From positions 328,769 to 392,768 of the forward strand of contig RDOB01000004.1 in NCBI GenBank assembly GCA_011364965.1: a DNA stretch of 64,000 nucleotides, read 5' to 3'. The notes under the pieces are model-generated. The model was not told the DNA's origin and searched no databases. It saw nothing but the letters and a program-made list of their open reading frames with translations. Within the stretch, counting starts at the first letter, position 1. Each line of letters starts with the position of its first letter. The DNA is from Candidatus Heimdallarchaeota archaeon (lineage in GTDB: Archaea > Asgardarchaeota > Heimdallarchaeia > Hodarchaeales > Hodarchaeaceae). Shown in pieces: positions 9,568-20,033 of this stretch. A program made the translations under genes and the position numbers.

Positions 9568-11529
9568 ATGAACACTCCTTATCTTGGCAAGATAAAGCTC
9601 TACTGGTGTGATGAATGCCATGTGCCTTTGATTGCTAATATTTGTGGAATCTGTGACACTAAAGGAAGAAAAATAAATCTCACACCCCCTGGAGATTTCC
9701 GACCAGCTTTTGATGGAGATATAAAAAATATTTTAATTGCCATTAATGGCCAATTTGGGGATGAAGCAAAGGAAAAATTTCAAACTATTATTAGAAACCA
9801 AATTTTTCTTTTGAATAAGATTCCTTATATCGATAGGATGGAAGAGATAATAGTTCAAGGGGAAGTTGTTGGAATTTTCAGATTTAATGTTGTTCGTCAA
9901 CAATTTGAGGTTTTACCAAAGATTTCTCTGGCAGTAGCGCTCTGGAGTCCTAATTCAAAAGGATGGATAGAGATTGACGAAGGTGCAAGAATCCCTATAA
10001 TCAAAGGAGCTTCTGTTCTTTCACCAGGTGTGAAAAAAACTGATCCAACGATTTCTATTGATCAACCTGTAATTGTTGTGTGCAAAAATGAGGTTATTGC
10101 TGTTGGATTAGCAAAAATGCTCGGTTATAATATGGGAGTAGAAAAGAAAGGCATTGCAGTGAAAACCAAATATCGGCTAAAAACGACAATATCTTCAATT
10201 CCTCAATTTATTTCATCTTGGGAGCAAATAATTGAAGCTAATTCCTTATCCATGAAAAATTTGGAAAATGAAGCAATTGATTTTATTGAAGCTGCTGGAA
10301 AGAATTATAAATCACATGTTGTTGCATATTCGGGGGGGAAAGATTCTCTGGTTACATTAGACTTGGTATCCAAGTCAGATATAGAATATAATATTATATT
10401 TTCAGATACAGGTTTAGAATATCCTGAAACAATTGATAATATTAGAAAAATTGGATACTTCTATAACAGAAAAATCCATTCCAATAAAAATGAGGGATGG
10501 GATTTTTGGAGTAGATTCAACCAATTTGGCCCTCCTTCTAGGAATTCTCGTTGGTGTTGTAAATCAGCTAAACTTAATCCAATTAATGAAATTCTTGATG
10601 AACTTTATCCTAGAGAAAAATTCGTACTTTCCTATATTGGTAGACGAAGATATGAGTCTTATGGAAGGTCAAAAGAATCCAGAGTATCAAAAAACCCATG
10701 GATTCCAAAACAAATAACAGCTGCTCCTATAAGTGATTGGAATGCATTTGAGGTATATTTATACATAAAAAAACATGCTCTTACAGATTTGTTAAATCCT
10801 TTATACAATATTGGGTTCGTACGGATTGGTTGTTGGTTATGCCCAGCCTCCTCATTATCCGATTTCCGAATTATGCAAAATTCCCATCCCGATTATCTAA
10901 ACAAACTAATGGAGAAAATTTTGAAGATTCAGTCCAAGTTTAACCTACCTTCCGAATATTCTAAATGGGGCTTGTGGCGATGGAAGTATCTTCCCCAAAA
11001 AGTAATTAACTTGTTAAATACAAATAATATCAAATATAATTCCATACATTATACTGATGTAAATTCTTTTGACCTAAAATTTAGTACAACATCCACTCCT
11101 TCTCCATGTATCAATGGTGGATATTCTTCTTTCCTTTCTGCGAATCAAATTCTTGATTTAAATAGGTTGATCAATTTAGTCCCTATTCTTGGCTCTATTC
11201 AATATGATGAAGAGTTGGATATTCTTTCAATATTAACTAAGTCTAAATTCCAATCAGATATCTTCCGTGATGGATCTATTATCATAAGGAACAAAAATCT
11301 GAAAGATATAGGAACTGATACCATTAATATAGTAAAAACGATATATCGAATTACAAATTGCGATGGTTGTGGCATTTGTACCCATCAGTGCCCAAAGAAT
11401 GCCTTAAAAATTAATTCTGGTGTTATCCAAGTTAACCAAAATCAATGCACGCATTGTTTAAAATGTAATAATTTCTGTCCATTGATAAATTACCGTGATG
11501 AAATAAGTTTCTTTATCAATCCCTCATAA
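9568..11529 (+). CDS. PAPS-reductase-family protein with Zn ribbon, PUA and 4Fe-4S domains
   Basis: WCDECHVP, GASVLSPGV (PUA), YSGGKDS PP-loop, RWCC, RIGCWLCP, C-terminal ferredoxin motifs. Confidence 0.88.
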   Translation: MNTPYLGKIKLYWCDECHVPLIANICGICDTKGRKINLTPPGDFRPAFDGDIKNILIAINGQFGDEAKEKFQTIIRNQIFLLNKIPYIDRMEEIIVQGEVVGIFRFNVVRQQFEVLPKISLAVALWSPNSKGWIEIDEGARIPIIKGASVLSPGVKKTDPTISIDQPVIVVCKNEVIAVGLAKMLGYNMGVEKKGIAVKTKYRLKTTISSIPQFISSWEQIIEANSLSMKNLENEAIDFIEAAGKNYKSHVVAYSGGKDSLVTLDLVSKSDIEYNIIFSDTGLEYPETIDNIRKIGYFYNRKIHSNKNEGWDFWSRFNQFGPPSRNSRWCCKSAKLNPINEILDELYPREKFVLSYIGRRRYESYGRSKESRVSKNPWIPKQITAAPISDWNAFEVYLYIKKHALTDLLNPLYNIGFVRIGCWLCPASSLSDFRIMQNSHPDYLNKLMEKILKIQSKFNLPSEYSKWGLWRWKYLPQKVINLLNTNNIKYNSIHYTDVNSFDLKFSTTSTPSPCINGGYSSFLSANQILDLNRLINLVPILGSIQYDEELDILSILTKSKFQSDIFRDGSIIIRNKNLKDIGTDTINIVKTIYRITNCDGCGICTHQCPKNALKINSGVIQVNQNQCTHCLKCNNFCPLINYRDEISFFINPS

Positions 11530-11723
11530 AGGATTTATTATTTATTAGGAGAAATTAGTATCAGAGGATATTAGATTTTTATCTCCCTGTATAGAAATAG
11601 ATACATTCTATGGTCAATCACAAGTCAGAAAAACCAAATCCTCTTCAAACTAATGTTTGATTCGAAAAAAGTATGAAAAGTTTTTGAGAGAAAAACACAA
11701 AAAAATGAGACAGATGGGGCCAC

Positions 11724-12293
11724 TTGAGTAAGAATTGGAGATTACAAGCCGTGAATGGACGACGAGATCGAGTAATTGATGGAGCTAAATCAATTCTCGA
11801 TACACGAGGTTATACCGTGACCTCTGAAGGGGAAAAAGACGAGTGCTATGATATACTTGGAAAGGATGCAAATAAAAAAACGATAATAGTCCGTATTCCA
11901 AATAAAGAAGTTGTTGGGGTTCGTGAACTTCGTGATTTCAAAGAAGTTATTGAAGACAAAGGATATGATAATGCTATTCTACTCGCTTTGAATAAGTATA
12001 CACATTACGCAAAACGAGAAGCAAAAGCTGCTGGAATTGAAACTTTTTCAATCAAGTTTCCCTTCTTCAATCTATTTAATCACTATTTGGTTCCTCTACA
12101 CGAATTTGCCTCAGATGATGAGATCAAGGTTCTAGAAGAAAAATTTTCCATATTTAAATACCAATTGCCTAAAATCTCTTCTGATGATCCAGCAGTCCAA
12201 CTTCTAGGAGCTAAAATTGGAGATGTGTTAAAAATAATCCGCTCGAGTCCTACTGCAGGAGAATTTGTCATTTTTCGAACAGTTGTTCCCTAA
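11724..12293 (+). CDS. rpo5: RNA polymerase subunit Rpo5/H with eukaryote-like Rpb5 N-terminal domain
   Basis: C-terminal HYLVPLHE..QLPKISSDDP..IGDVLKIIRSSPTAG..FRTV; N-terminal TRGY, VGVRE, IETF resemble the Rpb5 jaw domain. Confidence 0.9.
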   Translation: MSKNWRLQAVNGRRDRVIDGAKSILDTRGYTVTSEGEKDECYDILGKDANKKTIIVRIPNKEVVGVRELRDFKEVIEDKGYDNAILLALNKYTHYAKREAKAAGIETFSIKFPFFNLFNHYLVPLHEFASDDEIKVLEEKFSIFKYQLPKISSDDPAVQLLGAKIGDVLKIIRSSPTAGEFVIFRTVVP

Positions 12294-12470
12294 TTTCTGG
12301 ATTTTTATTCTTGAATTTTCCCAAATCACTTAACCAAGAACATAAATAATACAAGAAAATCGGTGAAGTTCGACCGTAAACTGCCCTGAAGTCTATCTAA
12401 CAACCAATATGAACATATGAATCTTGATACGTTTAAAAGAGTCAATAAAATCAAAAAATGAGGAATTTCG

Positions 12471-13766
12471 TTGAATAAAGTGAAAAACTTTTGTACATTA
12501 ATCATCTTGGTGTTCTTTTTAACAGCTATTAACATTGATAACAGATCTTTCACCGTGAATTCTGTAAAAGCTGTGGTTAATCCAACTAATGAAACTGAAA
12601 TTGTGATCGGTATTGATTTAGGTCATAATAACAATATTACTTCCAAAGAATTAACAAATCTCACAACAATTTTGAATTCCACTTTTAGTTCAGGTGGTGT
12701 GGTATTTATTAGAAACGAATTGACTTCTGTGCAGCTAAGAGAAATTGATGTTCTTGCCATTTTATCCCCCAAATCCGTATACACCGAGGATGAAGTCGAG
12801 GTTATAGAAGAATATATAAAAACAGGGAAATCAATTTTAACAGCAACGGGATTTAGAAACCAAACAAATGAACCATTAAATAATCTTATGTCCCAATTCG
12901 GGTTACATTTTAACCTTTCAAGCTCCATAATAAGAGAATCATCTCGTACACACATTGAAAACCAATCTGTTCATTATTATGATTTAGTACGGAATTTTAC
13001 TACCCCACCCACCCCAATAACTGAAAATATTTCTCAAATTATGTTTCCACAAGGTCTTGGCCTATCCTTTAATTCATCCAAATTAACAAGTTATCATTCT
13101 CCTGCAATTACTTACTATAATCCGATTCTCATTCGAGATGCCTTATCAGCTCCATCTGAGAATAATACTCTTATTTCATCGTTAGAGTTCGAGAATGGAG
13201 CAAGGATACTTGCGATAGGATCATCTGATATGTTTAATAATAGTTTTATTGAACCTTTAGTTAATACAACCACAATTTTCATGGATAACACCGATTTGGT
13301 TCTTAATTCCATTAAATGGTTAGGAAGAAATACCGGAATAATGCATTTCTATGAATCTTCTGTTAGTCAAAATAATCGAGAAGTTAAAATTGGTGAAATT
13401 TTATATGGAAATATAACATTAGTTAATTCTAGAAATAAAAGTCTTTCACAGGGTCAAGTATATTTTTCTTTAGAAAGAGATGGTAAAATCCTGAATTCGA
13501 GGAGCATGAGAACTGATCCAAACAATTCAACCCGATATCTTGGTTGGACAAGTACCGATGGATTGAGTTATGGTTTTTGTGATATTGTGTTTATTGCCAA
13601 ACGTATTGGCTATTTGCCAATCGAATTAACTGCTGGCCGCCTTTACATAGAAAGCGCTTTCCCATATCCACAATTACCCAACTTAGCAATGTGGGGTTTA
13701 CTATTCGCAGCAGTTATTATTTTCATCTCATCCGCGGTTGTAATAAGACTGAATTTTAAAAATTAA
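12471..13766 (+). CDS. WBP1/OST48 (DDOST)-like oligosaccharyltransferase subunit
   Basis: Signal peptide, GldG/IFT52-like domain, NGARILAIGSSDMF, YGFCDIVFIAKRIGY, RLYIESAFPY, single C-terminal TM; many NxS/T sequons. Confidence 0.65.
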   Translation: MNKVKNFCTLIILVFFLTAINIDNRSFTVNSVKAVVNPTNETEIVIGIDLGHNNNITSKELTNLTTILNSTFSSGGVVFIRNELTSVQLREIDVLAILSPKSVYTEDEVEVIEEYIKTGKSILTATGFRNQTNEPLNNLMSQFGLHFNLSSSIIRESSRTHIENQSVHYYDLVRNFTTPPTPITENISQIMFPQGLGLSFNSSKLTSYHSPAITYYNPILIRDALSAPSENNTLISSLEFENGARILAIGSSDMFNNSFIEPLVNTTTIFMDNTDLVLNSIKWLGRNTGIMHFYESSVSQNNREVKIGEILYGNITLVNSRNKSLSQGQVYFSLERDGKILNSRSMRTDPNNSTRYLGWTSTDGLSYGFCDIVFIAKRIGYLPIELTAGRLYIESAFPYPQLPNLAMWGLLFAAVIIFISSAVVIRLNFKN

Positions 13767-13790
13767 ATCTTAAAATTCCATCATTCAAAT

Positions 13791-14123
13791 TTATAATGCT
13801 AAAGATTCAGTTGTTATTTCAAAATCCTGTGGTAACAATAGAAAATAATCTAATTTACCTAAATTCAGGATTTCATAATTATATTGTCTAATCAAGGCAT
13901 TTAATCGTTGAAGAGCCCGTTTTCCATCCATTGGTTTTTTAATCCTAAATTCCTTGAAAAAAATTATAACAATACTGTTAAATTCCATTTCTACCTCTAT
14001 CTCATCCATATCGTGAAAATCTTCAATCGAAATGCACCGAACGCGTTGATGTTTCCTTATCGTCCGATTTATCCCTCTATATAGACCAGATATTAATGGA
14101 GTCATTTTCTTATTCCATTGCAA
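13791..14123 (-). CDS. SepF-like (DUF552) protein
   Basis: IEDFHDMDEI..NSIVII..KRALQRL..LDYFLLLP pattern of archaeal SepF. Confidence 0.6.
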   Translation of the reverse strand: MQWNKKMTPLISGLYRGINRTIRKHQRVRCISIEDFHDMDEIEVEMEFNSIVIIFFKEFRIKKPMDGKRALQRLNALIRQYNYEILNLGKLDYFLLLPQDFEITTESLAL

Positions 14124-14415
14124 GTCGTATTCTTATGCTTTTGATAATACATAAGAAGTTGAGCATAAGTAGCTACATTATCTGAGCTACATTCATTCAG
14201 TTAAATTGAATGGTAATATTGAAGTAATAGGATAACGCTCAAAATTCTGGATTTCTTTACTTTTTAAATTATATTCTCCATTATTTACCAAATTACAGAT
14301 AATTCTGTCTCCAAAATAGTTTTTTTCTTGGTAGTTCTTTCTTTTATGAATTGTACGGATTGTTCTAGCATTAAACATAACTATACAAATTTAAAAAGAA
14401 AATTCGATTATGAAA

Positions 14416-14490
14416 CGGGCCCACCCGGATTTGAACCGGGGATCCCAACGTCCGCAGCGTCGTACTCTATCCAAGCTAAGCCATGGGCCC
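14416..14490 (-). tRNA. tRNA-Arg(GCG), no intron
   Basis: GGGCCCA/TGGGCCC acceptor; CGACG-CT-GCG-GA-CGTTG anticodon arm; GGTTCAAATCC T-arm. Confidence 0.95.
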
Positions 14491-14858
14491 TAAGAGTAAT
14501 TTATCCTTGGGAATACAATTTTTTAACCCTTCATTCTTCTGTATATTAAATTTTTGGTCTTTAATAAAAGAGAAGTTGAGTCGTTAGAGGTTACATTTTT
14601 GTCCCAAAATTCACTAGTTCATTATTACCCATTTCTCGTTGGCAATTATACACCCTAGCATCACCTTTTTAGTTTTATTATTGCTTAGAATATCATAAAT
14701 TTAATTCCTAATCATTTAAATTGGAATATCTTCAAATAAAAAGGACTTAAGAGCATAATCCTAATTATCACACTTTTTTCGGTTCCACAAGTTCGATGAT
14801 GAAAAAAAATAAAAACTAAGGTAGGAAAATATGTACACATATCAACACAATCTCAATA

Positions 14859-15251
14859 TTGAGGTCTTATTTCATGAAAACCCCAACATTAATTGGAACA
14901 ATTATATTTGGAATCAGTCTTCTAGTAGTTGCTATCGGAGCTTTAAGACTCGACTTTTTGGATCCGAGTTTGCCAACACAAGAATATTTTGAATTATTTT
15001 TTATTTGGATTGCTGGAATTGCGGGAGGTATTGGTCTTGGGTATGGAAGTAGAGAAAGTTATGGATATAGTGAAGGAAACAATGCAACAATAATTGGCGG
15101 TCTTGGTTTAACTGCAGCTATAATAATATCTGTATGGATGTTTGTTCAAGAAACACCACCTCTGATGGGGGTTATTATCGGGTTTGTAGGTGCGATTTTA
15201 GCTATTGTGGGTCTATATATGATGGTTGTATCCACTCAAGAATCAATTTGA
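14859..15251 (+). CDS. Hypothetical 4-TM membrane protein
   Basis: Four Gly-rich hydrophobic segments; probable start ATG 14874. Confidence 0.7.
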   Translation: MRSYFMKTPTLIGTIIFGISLLVVAIGALRLDFLDPSLPTQEYFELFFIWIAGIAGGIGLGYGSRESYGYSEGNNATIIGGLGLTAAIIISVWMFVQETPPLMGVIIGFVGAILAIVGLYMMVVSTQESI

Positions 15252-15308
15252 GTTTATATGAGAAGAGAATGTGAAATTTTCTTTATCTTCTATATCTCTT
15301 CCATTAAC

Positions 15309-16640
15309 TTATTTTTTTCTGTTTTTAAGGAATTCTAACACTATTTTTTCTAGATTAGGAGAGCTTACCTCTTCCAAGTCATATGTTACTCTTGTATAGG
15401 GTTTTTGAATATCAAGAAGGCGGCCTAGATCAATAGGAGTACCGATAATAACAGTGTCACAGTCTGCAGAGTTAATTGTTTCTTCTAATTCTTTTCTTTG
15501 CTTTTCTCCATAGCCCATTGCAGGAAGAACTTCGGATAAGTGGTTATATTTCTCATATGTTCTCTTAATAGTTCCTTTCGCATATGGTCGGGGATCAATA
15601 ATTTCCGCTGCTTCAAAATTTTTCGCTGCAATGTGTCCAGCTCCATACTTCATTTCCCCATGAGTTAGTGTAGGTCCATCCTCCACAACAAGGACACGTT
15701 TATTCTTTATAAGTTCAGGTTTATCAACTGAGATTGGAGAATTAGCAACAATAATTGTTGCTTCTTGATTTAGTTCCTTAATACTAGCTTTTAACCTCTC
15801 AACATGCCCTTCTGGAGCTGTATCTGATTTATTTATAATAATAACATCAGCCTGTCGAACGTTTACTTCTCCAGGAAAATAAGACCTTTCGTGTCCTAAT
15901 CTATGAGGATCTGCTACTGTTATTATAAGATCTGCTTCGTACAAACTCCAATCGTTATTTCCTCCATCAAAAAGCACTATATCAGCCTCTTTCTCTGCAG
16001 ATCGAAGTATTTCTCCAAAATCCACACCTGCAAAAACCAGATTTCCTTCCATGATATGAGGTTCGTACTCTTCCATCTCCTCAATTGTACACTCATGCTT
16101 TATTAAATCATCATAAACAGCAAAACGTTGACATTTTTGTTTTACAAGATTACCATAGGGCATTGGATGACGTATTACAGCTACTCGATATCCTTCTTTC
16201 CGTAAAAGTTTACCTATTCTTCGTGTTGTTTGACTTTTTCCGCTTCCTGTTCTAACTGCCAATACGGCAATGACTGGAAGTTTTGATTTTATTGAAGTAT
16301 GCTTTGGACCAAGTATTCGAAAATCAGCGCCATTAGCGAGGATTTTGGACGCTAGTGACATCACATACTGATATGGGAGATCAGAATAAGCAAGAATCGC
16401 TTGTTCAATCTCATATCTCTTTATTAGCTGTTCAATTTGGTCTTCTGGATAAATTGGAATCCCTTCGGGATATAATGAAGACCCCGCTAACTCTGCAGGA
16501 TATTTTCGGTCTGCAATATCAGGTATTTGAGTCGCTGTAAAAGCAACTACTTCATACATTTCGTTGTTTCTAAAGTATGTATTGAAATTATGAAAATCTC
16601 GTCCAGCTGCTCCTAAAATAATCGTTTTAATGCGGTTCAT
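15309..16640 (-). CDS. COG2403 P-loop protein (cDPG-synthase-like; probable arginine synthetase ArcE)
   Basis: ILGAAGRDFHNFN, AVRTGSGKSQ, RHPMPYG, DGGNND, VEDGPTLTHG, PAMGY. Confidence 0.8.
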   Translation of the reverse strand: MNRIKTIILGAAGRDFHNFNTYFRNNEMYEVVAFTATQIPDIADRKYPAELAGSSLYPEGIPIYPEDQIEQLIKRYEIEQAILAYSDLPYQYVMSLASKILANGADFRILGPKHTSIKSKLPVIAVLAVRTGSGKSQTTRRIGKLLRKEGYRVAVIRHPMPYGNLVKQKCQRFAVYDDLIKHECTIEEMEEYEPHIMEGNLVFAGVDFGEILRSAEKEADIVLFDGGNNDWSLYEADLIITVADPHRLGHERSYFPGEVNVRQADVIIINKSDTAPEGHVERLKASIKELNQEATIIVANSPISVDKPELIKNKRVLVVEDGPTLTHGEMKYGAGHIAAKNFEAAEIIDPRPYAKGTIKRTYEKYNHLSEVLPAMGYGEKQRKELEETINSADCDTVIIGTPIDLGRLLDIQKPYTRVTYDLEEVSSPNLEKIVLEFLKNRKK

Positions 16641-16864
16641 TCTTTTTTTCCCCGAGTTTATTCTAATTTCAAAGTAAATTAATCCATTTTTATAAAATAT
16701 TCTTCTAAATACTTGTTGAAGTAATAAAATCAGAAGACTGGTAAATCCCCAAAAAAATTGTTTGGATCTGCTTTAAATAAATTAATCTAACTAATGGGAA
16801 TAAGTCAAAAAGCTCTTAAAATTGAAGAAAACTCAATGATCATGACTGTTTTGGAGGAAATCCG

Positions 16865-17182
16865 ATGTCTCAGGGAATAGAAGGATGGCAACAATTGCCT
16901 AAAAATGTCAAACTGCTCGATGTTTCAATTGTGGGCTATAGTATAATTTTAATTTTAGCGCTTGCACTATATTTACTCTTTATCGACCAAACTATCCAGA
17001 ATTTGATGCCAATCTTTCTCACAGCATTACTTTTAATACTCACTTGGAATTTTAGAACTCAAATTAAGAATAGTGACAATATTACCTCCCTAACCCGATA
17101 TTATCGCGAATGGCTTCTAATTAGTGGAATATTAATAGTATTGATAGTCATTCTCATTTTTATTTACCCTGTGACATATTAA
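16865..17182 (+). CDS. Hypothetical 3-TM membrane protein
   Basis: GGAGG Shine-Dalgarno upstream; three hydrophobic segments. Confidence 0.7.
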   Translation: MSQGIEGWQQLPKNVKLLDVSIVGYSIILILALALYLLFIDQTIQNLMPIFLTALLLILTWNFRTQIKNSDNITSLTRYYREWLLISGILIVLIVILIFIYPVTY

Positions 17183-17369
17183 CCTTTAATAACTCAATCC
17201 TAAAAACACATAAATTTTCTTTAATTTTTCCTAAACTGAATTAAAGACTCCACTAGTGATGATGTTATCCCCGTTTGAGTTGTTCCTACAACAATGAACA
17301 GAAGAAGAGCCGTCTGAAGTGTCTTTACTCTCATTTTGAGTGTTATAAAGCTTTTTGAGATGAAAAAAA

Positions 17370-17642
17370 TTGAAGAAAGATCTCATGGAAATACTAGCAT
17401 GTCCTATCTGTAAAAATCCAGATCTAGAATTATTTATTTTTGATGAAAATGAATTTGAGATTGAGTCCGGGATAATTTTTTGTACAAAATGCAATAGATA
17501 TTACCCTATAAAGTCAACAATTCCCATTATGCTGCCAGATGATCTCCGTAAAGAGAAAGAGGATCTTGAGTTCATGTCTCAATATAAATCAATAATCCCA
17601 GAAAAGATTCTCGAAAAAGGTAAACCTTTTCCCCTAAAATAA
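17370..17642 (+). CDS. trm112: Trm112 family methyltransferase activator
   Basis: LMEILACPICK..IESGIIFCTKCNRYYPI..IPIMLPDDLR. Confidence 0.9.
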   Translation: MKKDLMEILACPICKNPDLELFIFDENEFEIESGIIFCTKCNRYYPIKSTIPIMLPDDLRKEKEDLEFMSQYKSIIPEKILEKGKPFPLK

Positions 17643-17725
17643 AAAATTCACTTCTTTGACAGTTAATTTTCTCGGTCCTAAATTTGAAAAAATGCTGTTA
17701 AAAAGACACCTAATAGATTCATTCA

Positions 17726-17974
17726 TTAAGAGACTAAATTTTTTTCTTGTACTTGGCTAAAATCACAATTGACTTTAATAGCATCAACAGGACAAACTAC
17801 TTCACAAGCTCGACATTCAAAACACTCTCTTGGGTTTGTTATTTGGATGGTTCCCTTGGAGGTATTTTTTTCTTTCTGAAAAATTAAAATCTCTGCAGGG
17901 CAGCTACGAACGCACTTTTGACATAATATGCAATCTTCATGCAAAATAGTAATTATAGGAGAGATTTCACTCAC
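17726..17974 (-). CDS. 2[4Fe-4S] ferredoxin
   Basis: CILCQKCVRSCP and CFECRACEVVCP. Confidence 0.9.
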   Translation of the reverse strand: MSEISPIITILHEDCILCQKCVRSCPAEILIFQKEKNTSKGTIQITNPRECFECRACEVVCPVDAIKVNCDFSQVQEKNLVS

Positions 17975-17975
17975 C

Positions 17976-20033
17976 TTACTTAGTTAAGAGGGATCTAAGT
18001 TCAATTAAAACCTTATCGACCTCATTATTTGCTTTGCGTAGTTGTTTATCGTAACTTAGTTTCAGTTTAGCATAAGCTTCTTTCCCAATTCGGCCTTGTG
18101 TTTTCTTCCGTTCAACTGACTCAATATTTAATAATATATCTTCACGATTAGCTTCTGCTACTTCAATTGACCTCATAGCTACGCGATAGCGTTGTCCTTC
18201 ATCCCCCAGTCTTTTAGATACACTTACTATTTTTCTATCAGCTTGCTGTTGTCTGTTTTTAAGAATAATTTTAGTTTGTTCATATTCTCGTGCACTTATA
18301 TTTTTTGATTTTCGCTTTTTATCCAACCGAAGAACTTGTTCCCGAATAGCTGTTTTTTCTTCATACCATTTGACAAATTCTTTAATTAAATCTAGGGGAA
18401 TTTCTTCTAGACTCACTTTTCTTGTTCCAAGTCCGAATGAAGCGTTTCTAAGAACAATATAAGCCAATCCTAGAATAAGAAAAACTAAGCTGATAGATAC
18501 TGGCTGTTTGAGCAAGTAGAGAGGATCAAGACCAAAAGTTATCTCCATGATTCTATTACTCAATGGAGTTAAATCTTCAAATGTGATTTGGATTCCTGTT
18601 CTATCAAATATCCTGATTAATTGTTTTCCATTGATTACTGAAATATCGACATAATTCCTTAATGTTATTTCTTCCATGGTAGAAGCGATGTCATTCTGGT
18701 TGTAAGTCGATCCATGGGGAAGTAAAATTCTGAATTCGAAGTTTTGAACCGTCCAGTTAAAATCGAGAGTCATCGGAATTTTAAGTTGTACTTTTCCTGT
18801 TCCTAAATCCTTTGCGAGATTGCTTGATTTCTCCTTATAAGTCAAATATAAGTTATATTCCCTCCCTGGTTCAATATCTATTCTTGGCTTGATTTCTACG
18901 ATTTTCTTACCCAAAATCGGATCATTAATGTTTGTAGTAGTAAGATTACCATATTGATCTTTCAAACCAATGTGTTGTGCATTCTCTGAAACATGAACAG
19001 TTAGTTTTGGAAATGTTGGTCCTCCTAGATTTGAAGATAAGACTGGTCCTGATTTTAGTCCCAGATTCTTTACCGTGAATTCATGTTCAAATTTAATAAA
19101 GCCCCATTCTTCGACTGTAACCGTTGTTTTTAAAGATTTGAACTCTATTTTGATATTAGCAACATGATAGTAATCAAATGCGAGAAAAGTTGTTAAGTTA
19201 TTTTGAAGATTTGTAGAATATGCTGGAATGAAATTTTTGTCTTCTAAGGCAGTTAGATTATACTCACCATATTCCGTTGTATTCAACAATGTTCGATTAA
19301 CCGATTTTAAGGATTCAACGTTCTCGTACATTAAACTAAAATCATCAGGATTCATTTTTCCTATAATATCATCTTCTGCTGGAGTAATAGACTCACTGTC
19401 GAATGTAACTTCAATATCTGGCCCAATTTTCCATTCCAAATCAAATGATGTTATCGGGAGAGTGATTAGTGGAATGAATGATAAATTAAAGCTATAAGGA
19501 AATGTAGATTGCTGCAATAAAGCCGAAGATTCAAAGGATACGGCTCCTGGATGATCAGAACTAATTATTATTGTAACAGATTCTTCCACATCAACTTGGG
19601 GAATTTTTATGGTTTTTATTACACTAATGTTTGTTGTTTCTGAATTCACCACTTCGACATAATCTGTTTTCGTATCATTAAAAGAATAAATCCTGAAATA
19701 TCTAGAATTCTCAAATTCAGATAAGGGAATAGTGTAATTAAAGGCATTAATTGGTTTAGTTCCATTATTAAAAAGATGAATTTCAGTGTATGATGTTGTG
19801 TATCCATATTCATTTGCGATTATGATTCTACTAACATTAATTGAATGACTGGAATTGGTAAAATCCGAAATATCGAAATACTCAAGGTTTAATTGTTTAA
19901 GATTACGAATTGGATTAATTACCTCTGGATTCGATTGATTTTGATTTATACCAGCATTTAACGAAATAAAGTATGTAGAAATTATCATAGTAATTAGAAG
20001 GATGTTCATCATTGTTCCTAGTTTTCTTTTCAT
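17976..20033 (-). CDS. Ribophorin I (OST1/RPN1) homologue
   Basis: Signal peptide; VEEWGFIKFEHEFTVKNLG, KDQYGNL, EIKPR..PG, ILLPHG motifs; one TM; long cytosolic coiled-coil tail. Confidence 0.8.
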   Translation of the reverse strand: MKRKLGTMMNILLITMIISTYFISLNAGINQNQSNPEVINPIRNLKQLNLEYFDISDFTNSSHSINVSRIIIANEYGYTTSYTEIHLFNNGTKPINAFNYTIPLSEFENSRYFRIYSFNDTKTDYVEVVNSETTNISVIKTIKIPQVDVEESVTIIISSDHPGAVSFESSALLQQSTFPYSFNLSFIPLITLPITSFDLEWKIGPDIEVTFDSESITPAEDDIIGKMNPDDFSLMYENVESLKSVNRTLLNTTEYGEYNLTALEDKNFIPAYSTNLQNNLTTFLAFDYYHVANIKIEFKSLKTTVTVEEWGFIKFEHEFTVKNLGLKSGPVLSSNLGGPTFPKLTVHVSENAQHIGLKDQYGNLTTTNINDPILGKKIVEIKPRIDIEPGREYNLYLTYKEKSSNLAKDLGTGKVQLKIPMTLDFNWTVQNFEFRILLPHGSTYNQNDIASTMEEITLRNYVDISVINGKQLIRIFDRTGIQITFEDLTPLSNRIMEITFGLDPLYLLKQPVSISLVFLILGLAYIVLRNASFGLGTRKVSLEEIPLDLIKEFVKWYEEKTAIREQVLRLDKKRKSKNISAREYEQTKIILKNRQQQADRKIVSVSKRLGDEGQRYRVAMRSIEVAEANREDILLNIESVERKKTQGRIGKEAYAKLKLSYDKQLRKANNEVDKVLIELRSLLTK

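Noticed and set aside
14328-14549. 73-aa ORF containing GPPGFEPG
   Set aside because: Translation of the antisense strand of tRNA-Arg
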